This document shows, piece by piece, positions 59,151-64,000 of a stretch of 64,000 bases of DNA. Origin of the DNA: Amphiscolops sp. MND2022 (lineage: Eukaryota); assembly GCA_964187785.1 (NCBI GenBank), contig OZ076416.1, forward strand, positions 54,188,001 through 54,252,000, given 5' to 3'. Positions within the stretch are counted from its first letter, which is position 1, and the number at the start of each line of letters is the position of its first letter. A program made the position numbers and the translations under genes. The notes below the pieces were generated by a model, which worked only from the letters and a program-made list of their open reading frames with translations, ran no database searches and was not told the DNA's origin.

Positions 59151-62119
59151 CTATATAATTTTTTTGTTTCTTTCATTAATTCGAAAACTCATTGTTGGGA
59201 GTTTAAGATGATTCTGAAAAGCTGACCTTTCGTTTTTGAGAATCGAATATAATAAGTCAAATGATTTCAAGTCAATTCTTTGTTTCATACTTAAAATTTC
59301 TTCAGATATTCTCAAAGAGGTTGAGCATTTGTTTCTTGATCTGTAGAACACTGTTCTAAGAGCCCAATTCAGTTGTTTCTCTAAAGAAAGTAAAAGAGCT
59401 TTACTGATGTCCGTTAAAAAAAGGTTACAATATTCAAAATGACTTAGGGCAAGAGCATGAAGCAGCACTTTTAAACATTTTTTGGGTAGGTTGTTGCGTA
59501 TTGTTTGAATTGCTTTTATGCCAAGGGCCATTTTTTAAGCACACTTTTAACTTGATATTCGAAAGTTAGTTTATTGTCGATGATAATGCCTAAATACTTT
59601 ACTTCATTCTTAAGTTTTATATTGGAACCAGCAACTATAAGTTGACTATTGGATACGGTTATTTTTGGTGTTGAGAAACGTATGAATTCTGTTTTAGAAG
59701 CATTCAGGGTTAACTGATTTGACCGAAAATAATTTTCTAGTTTTTCAAGACAGATTTGTAAATTCTCAAATGCAATGTCAGGTTTTGAATTCGCTGAGTA
59801 TATCGAACAGTCATCGGCGTATTGGATAATTCTGCACTCTTCCGAGATGTATTTTGTAATATCGTTTATGTAGATGTTAAAAAGTAATGGTCCAAGTACT
59901 GTTCCTTGCGGTACACCTTGATATGTTTCGGTGATGTCGGATACCGTATTATTGATGACAACTTGTTGGCTTCTGTGTGATAAGAAGCTAAAAATTATTT
60001 CCAAAGCATCATCATTGAAGCCTATTAAGTTCAATTTTTCCAACAAAATTTGATGAGACGGAATCGAATGCTTTTGAAAGATCTATACATACTGAATAAA
60101 TAGTATCGTTTTCGTCAACATGTTTACGGATCGATTCGTTGAAATAAATGAGAGCATCTTGTGTTGATATTTTCTCACGGAAGCCAAATTGAAGAGGAGA
60201 CAGAAGTTTATTAGATGATAGGTATTGATTAATTTGTTTATGCAAAAGTTTTTCAAATATTTTTGACAAACTGCTCGTTATCGTAAAGGGTCTGTAGTTC
60301 AAAGGGTTTAGTGGGTCATCTTTTTTATATAAAGGTGTAATGAGACCTTTCTTCAAAATTGAGGGAAATTTTTGTTCTTTAATGTATTCATTTGTAACCA
60401 TTGTGAGATGTGGTACAATTTCAGTCATTCCGTCTTTAATAGCCCATGCTGGTATCGAGCATGGTCCTAGGGGTTTATTGATTTTCAACGATTTTACTGC
60501 ATCGAAGACTTCTTTGATGGTGGTTGGTCGGAAACTAAACAATTTAGGTGTAGTTTTGCTTTCGATGTTATTTGGTAATTTTCTTCCGTAGTAATCACCT
60601 AGGTGTGAAAATGTATAGTTCAGTAGGTTCGCAATCTTTTTGTCTTCGGTAATTAAATCTCCGAAAGAATTCATTAGTGCCGATATTCGCGAGTTTTCAC
60701 TTTTTGTATTGCGTAGGTTGTTGATAAAATTCCATGTTTTTCTGGACGATTTGAGTTTCCAATAAGTTCAAGCTGTAAACAGATTGCTTTTTAGCTATTA
60801 GTTCCGAAAACTCTGCTCTCAATGTTTTGTATTTCTCCCAATTTATAGCAGAAGTTTGGCGTTGGTAACGTTTAAGAGCTATTGTTCTTTTTTGTAGCAG
60901 GCATTTACATTCATCGTCGAACCATTTTGATTTAAGGTGTTTTTCTGGTTTTTGAGTGCTTCAAAGCTCCACTTAATAGAGAAATAAAAGTGTACAACAT
61001 AGAATCGGCATTACATTGATTATACATTAGGTCCCAATCCAGAGATCTTAAAGTTGTGCGAAATTCATCCCTATTGAACCTGGATTTATCAAAAATCATT
61101 TTTTCTATTGGTTTTCTATCTCTCATCTTCTCACTACTAAAAAGTATTGAAGCGAAATGGTCTGTTTTGAAGGGTATGTCAAACACAAATGAGTTTTGAA
61201 CATTTTCCATTATTATATAATCGATGTGAGTTTCAGAGGTTTTGCCTACTCTTGTTGGAATCGTTGGGCAACAAACATTTAGTGCAAAATGATTTAGGAC
61301 CGAGTCAAGGTGATTTTGTTCAGGTTGATTCAGGTAATCTATGTTATAATCCCCCATCAAAACAATGTTGGTTGTCTTAAGCATAGCCACTTCAATACTT
61401 TTAGATAAATTTTCAAGAAAAAGGCCAGAAAAGGTTTTTTGAGGGTTGTACGAAACATTTAATAAAACTTTGTTCACATGAGAGGCGACTTGGGGTCGTT
61501 TAAGTTCAACCCATAACGATTCAAACAGTTCCGTATCGCTCAAGTTTAGTTCCGGTAATTCCCTTGGTTCTAATTTATAAGGGATTTATAGGAGAATACC
61601 ACCGCCTTTGGTTTTATCTACACACTTTCTATCGTATCTAAAGCATTTATGAGTTTTAGGTGAAATATCCCATGTTTTATATTCATCTTTTTCGGTCAAC
61701 CATGTTTCAGTTATAGCTAGAACTGTGTTTAGGCCAAGATCATTGCTTAAATTTTTTAAGCCATTTTGTTTCTTTTGAATATCTTGAAAGTTCAGATGTA
61801 CATATTTCAGGTAATTTTCCTTATTCTGAATGATTCGCAGAGTTTGTGTGTAAGTCATGACAGGGCCCGGGTTACGCTCGATATCTCCAGGCAACAAAAG
61901 TAGAAGAAGCACAAGTTTTAGGATCTCTGGATTTTCATAAAAGTACCCAGATTTATTTCTTTCATGAATAGAAGATGACCTCAACAAAGAGTAGGTTTCA
62001 GCAATATTCAAGGAATTTATGCTAACAGTATTAGCTCTAAGTAGAGCAAAGAGAAAAAGCAGCATGGTACAGAGAAACCTAAACTGCATGTATGAATATT
62101 CATCAGACATCCTCAACAC
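59151..62119 (-). pseudogene. LINE ORF2 (2A-like peptide, APE endonuclease, RT), frameshifted
   Basis: AITETWL, GGGILL, MGDYNID, PTR...HIDYI, TDH; NYRP, QFGFR, DLSKAFD, GVPQGTVLGPLLFNIYIND, YADD, LNASKT, KYLGI. Confidence 0.92.
61862..61885 (-). other. 2A-like ribosomal skipping motif DIERNPGP
   Basis: LLLLLLPGDIERNPGP fits D(V/I)ExNPGP, upstream of the endonuclease. Confidence 0.85.
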
Positions 62120-62137
62120 TGAACAAATGGAAAATTA

Positions 62138-63015
62138 TCAGTTGAAGTTTCTCTGATAATTGAATGATCTCGGATAATTCCAATAATTTCTCTTTTGAAC
62201 CAGTTGTTCACGAGGTACATTGTTTGAGTATTTCAAAATATGTGAGAGTAAGGAAAACTTTATCAAAGGCAACCCATATTTATAATTGAAATGTATATTG
62301 TCGAAAAAAGGATTGTTTGAATTATTAACAGCACATATTCGTTCGTGTAAATTGATTATTTCAATCGCTGGATTATCATGATATTCGTTATTCAATAGAT
62401 TATTGAAATTTCGAATTTGCTCATTGACAGTATCATCATTTTTACCGGTGGAATTTCGCAAATGAAAATTTTCTGTGGCTTAAATTTCGAAGATAATTTC
62501 TCAACTAACAGTTTCTGTTTTTTGAAATGATTTTTCACATTGATACTTCTCTGCTTTAGCAGGCTATTTGTTCCATCCTGGAGGGTTATCGTCCGTAGTT
62601 GTTTGTTTTCGTATGAGTCCAGTATTCCTGCCTTTTCTTCGGTCGTTGATCCTGGATAAGCATGGATAGCCACATCACGAGGAAGGTCGTTCTGATTTAT
62701 TCTACTGATGATGCTCGATCCAATAATAAGGTTTTCCGTTTCTGGATTCAGCAAGTGAGGTCGAAATGAACGAATTTGTATTGGTTGTTGTTGATTGTCT
62801 TTGATTTCTGTTACATTGTTGGGATTATTCACTTGGTTGGTTTCTTGATTGCGTAATATGTCATTCAATTTTTTCTCATGGGTATCCAGCCTCATCGTAA
62901 CATTTTCAAGTAAATTGTTGAGTTTGACGTTTTGTTGGTAAACTTTTTCGAATAGGTTGAATTTTTCTTCCGTGTTTAGTTTCTTGAACGTTTCGAAATT
63001 GATCATATTTTCCAT
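62138..63015 (-). pseudogene. LINE ORF1 with SGNH esterase-like domain (one frameshift)
   Basis: LIIGSSII, YPGSTT, LQDGTNSL, ICEIPP, FFDNIHFN blocks; N-terminal coiled-coil. Confidence 0.8.
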
Positions 63016-63379
63016 TGTTTAACAGTGTTGAAGGTGTATAATTTAACAGTACATCAATAGTTGTTGACAAATAAAATGAGGGATAAAACCTTTGTTGACA
63101 AACAAGAAAATGAAAGATCAATAAACGTAGATAGATTGACAGCTAAATATGGTATTAGAGTGAAATAAGAAAGCAATTTTAACCGACTGCACCCTACGAA
63201 GTCTAAATTTGTTGTCACCAATTCGGGTTTTCTTGATATTCTCAGTCCAGAAAAATCTTCACCATGAACGATCCCCTTTGAAATATGTTTCTATGGAAAA
63301 TTTCACTTTCTTGAATTTGTTTTTCATTTTACAGTAACCCCAGCGTTGTAGTCCCGTGTCAGACTTCTGTAACTTGTCA

Positions 63380-64000
63380 ATTTATTATTTTCCGCCCACA
63401 TATATGGGGGAGGAAAATCATAATCTGTGTTGCGTTTTTTTCTCTGAATTCTGCCAAAACTCCACTTCACTTAGCTACTTGACTATTTTTTAGTTACTTG
63501 ACTCTTTTCAGTTTTTTGACTGTTTTACCAGTAACTATATTACTAGTATAATAGTCAAGTAACTAAAATAGCGCCATGGCGCAGTTGATAGTGCGTGTGC
63601 CTGGCAGACACATGGTTACATAAACAGCTTTCGGATACATTTAGGTCGATGCAGATAGATCTATATCCAAATTGTTGGCGTTATTCTCGATTCATTTTGT
63701 CTTGACAGGCTTAAAAGAATGTTTCGAGTTTGTTCGTTTCCAAACGTTGTTTCCAATATAGCTCTGTAAATTTTTCTTTTTACGAAACATAACGACAAAA
63801 ATGTAGTTTATTATTTTCCGCCCACATATAATAGGGGAGGAAAATCGTAATCTGTGTTGCGTTTTTTTCCAAATTCTGCCAAATCTGCGTTTTTAAATTC
63901 CATTTATTACTCCATTTAGTAAATAGTAATTTGGATATTTTAGTCACCGTGGCACAGTTGTCAGTGCGTCTGTCTGGCAGACACAAGGTCGTGGGTTCGA
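63380..64000 (+). repeat. Two tandem copies of a dispersed repeat with a tRNA-like (A/B-box) segment
   Basis: ttttccgcccacatat...ggggaggaaaatc at ~63388 and ~63815 (also inverted near 1100-1140 and 11700-11740); gtggcacagttgtcagtgcg...ctggcagacac...gtgggttcga. Confidence 0.6.

Larger units (their letters stand above)
58870..63100 (-). mobile_element. Near full-length CR1/L2-group LINE, multiply frameshifted
   Basis: ORF1 coiled-coil plus SGNH-like domain; ORF2 APE endonuclease and RT fragments in the expected order. Confidence 0.92.

Noticed and set aside
63940-64000. Functional tRNA-Ala(GGC) gene
   Set aside because: Mismatched anticodon stem, embedded in a dispersed repeat with a degenerate tandem twin, and cut off by the window end; treated as SINE-like

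Overview
AT-rich eukaryotic (animal-like, intron-containing) DNA, mostly transposon-derived. The centrepiece is a full-length, recently inserted ~15.9-kb Ty3/Gypsy LTR retrotransposon on the minus strand (12010-27898). It has ~1.49-kb near-identical LTRs, a 5-bp TSD (CATGA), a PBS, a PPT, and intact gag and pol joined by a UUUAAAC -1 frameshift site. Between pol and the 3' LTR it carries ~6.9 kb of cargo: (i) an antisense six-exon spliced gene encoding a BED-like zinc finger plus an apparently catalytically dead hAT-transposase-like protein, and (ii) a divergently oriented sense 352-aa ORF that ends inside the 3' LTR. The LTRs themselves encode the first ~190 codons of the gag frame. The element sits inside a small hAT element (8-bp TSD TTGATAAG). 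The rest of the window holds exons of a host C2H2 zinc-finger gene (31578-39490), decayed Copia elements, a frameshifted CR1/L2-type LINE with an esterase-like ORF1 and a 2A-like peptide, Helentron-like non-autonomous elements, several MITEs, and micro-, mini- and larger satellites. All alignments and domain calls were made by eye, without database searches.
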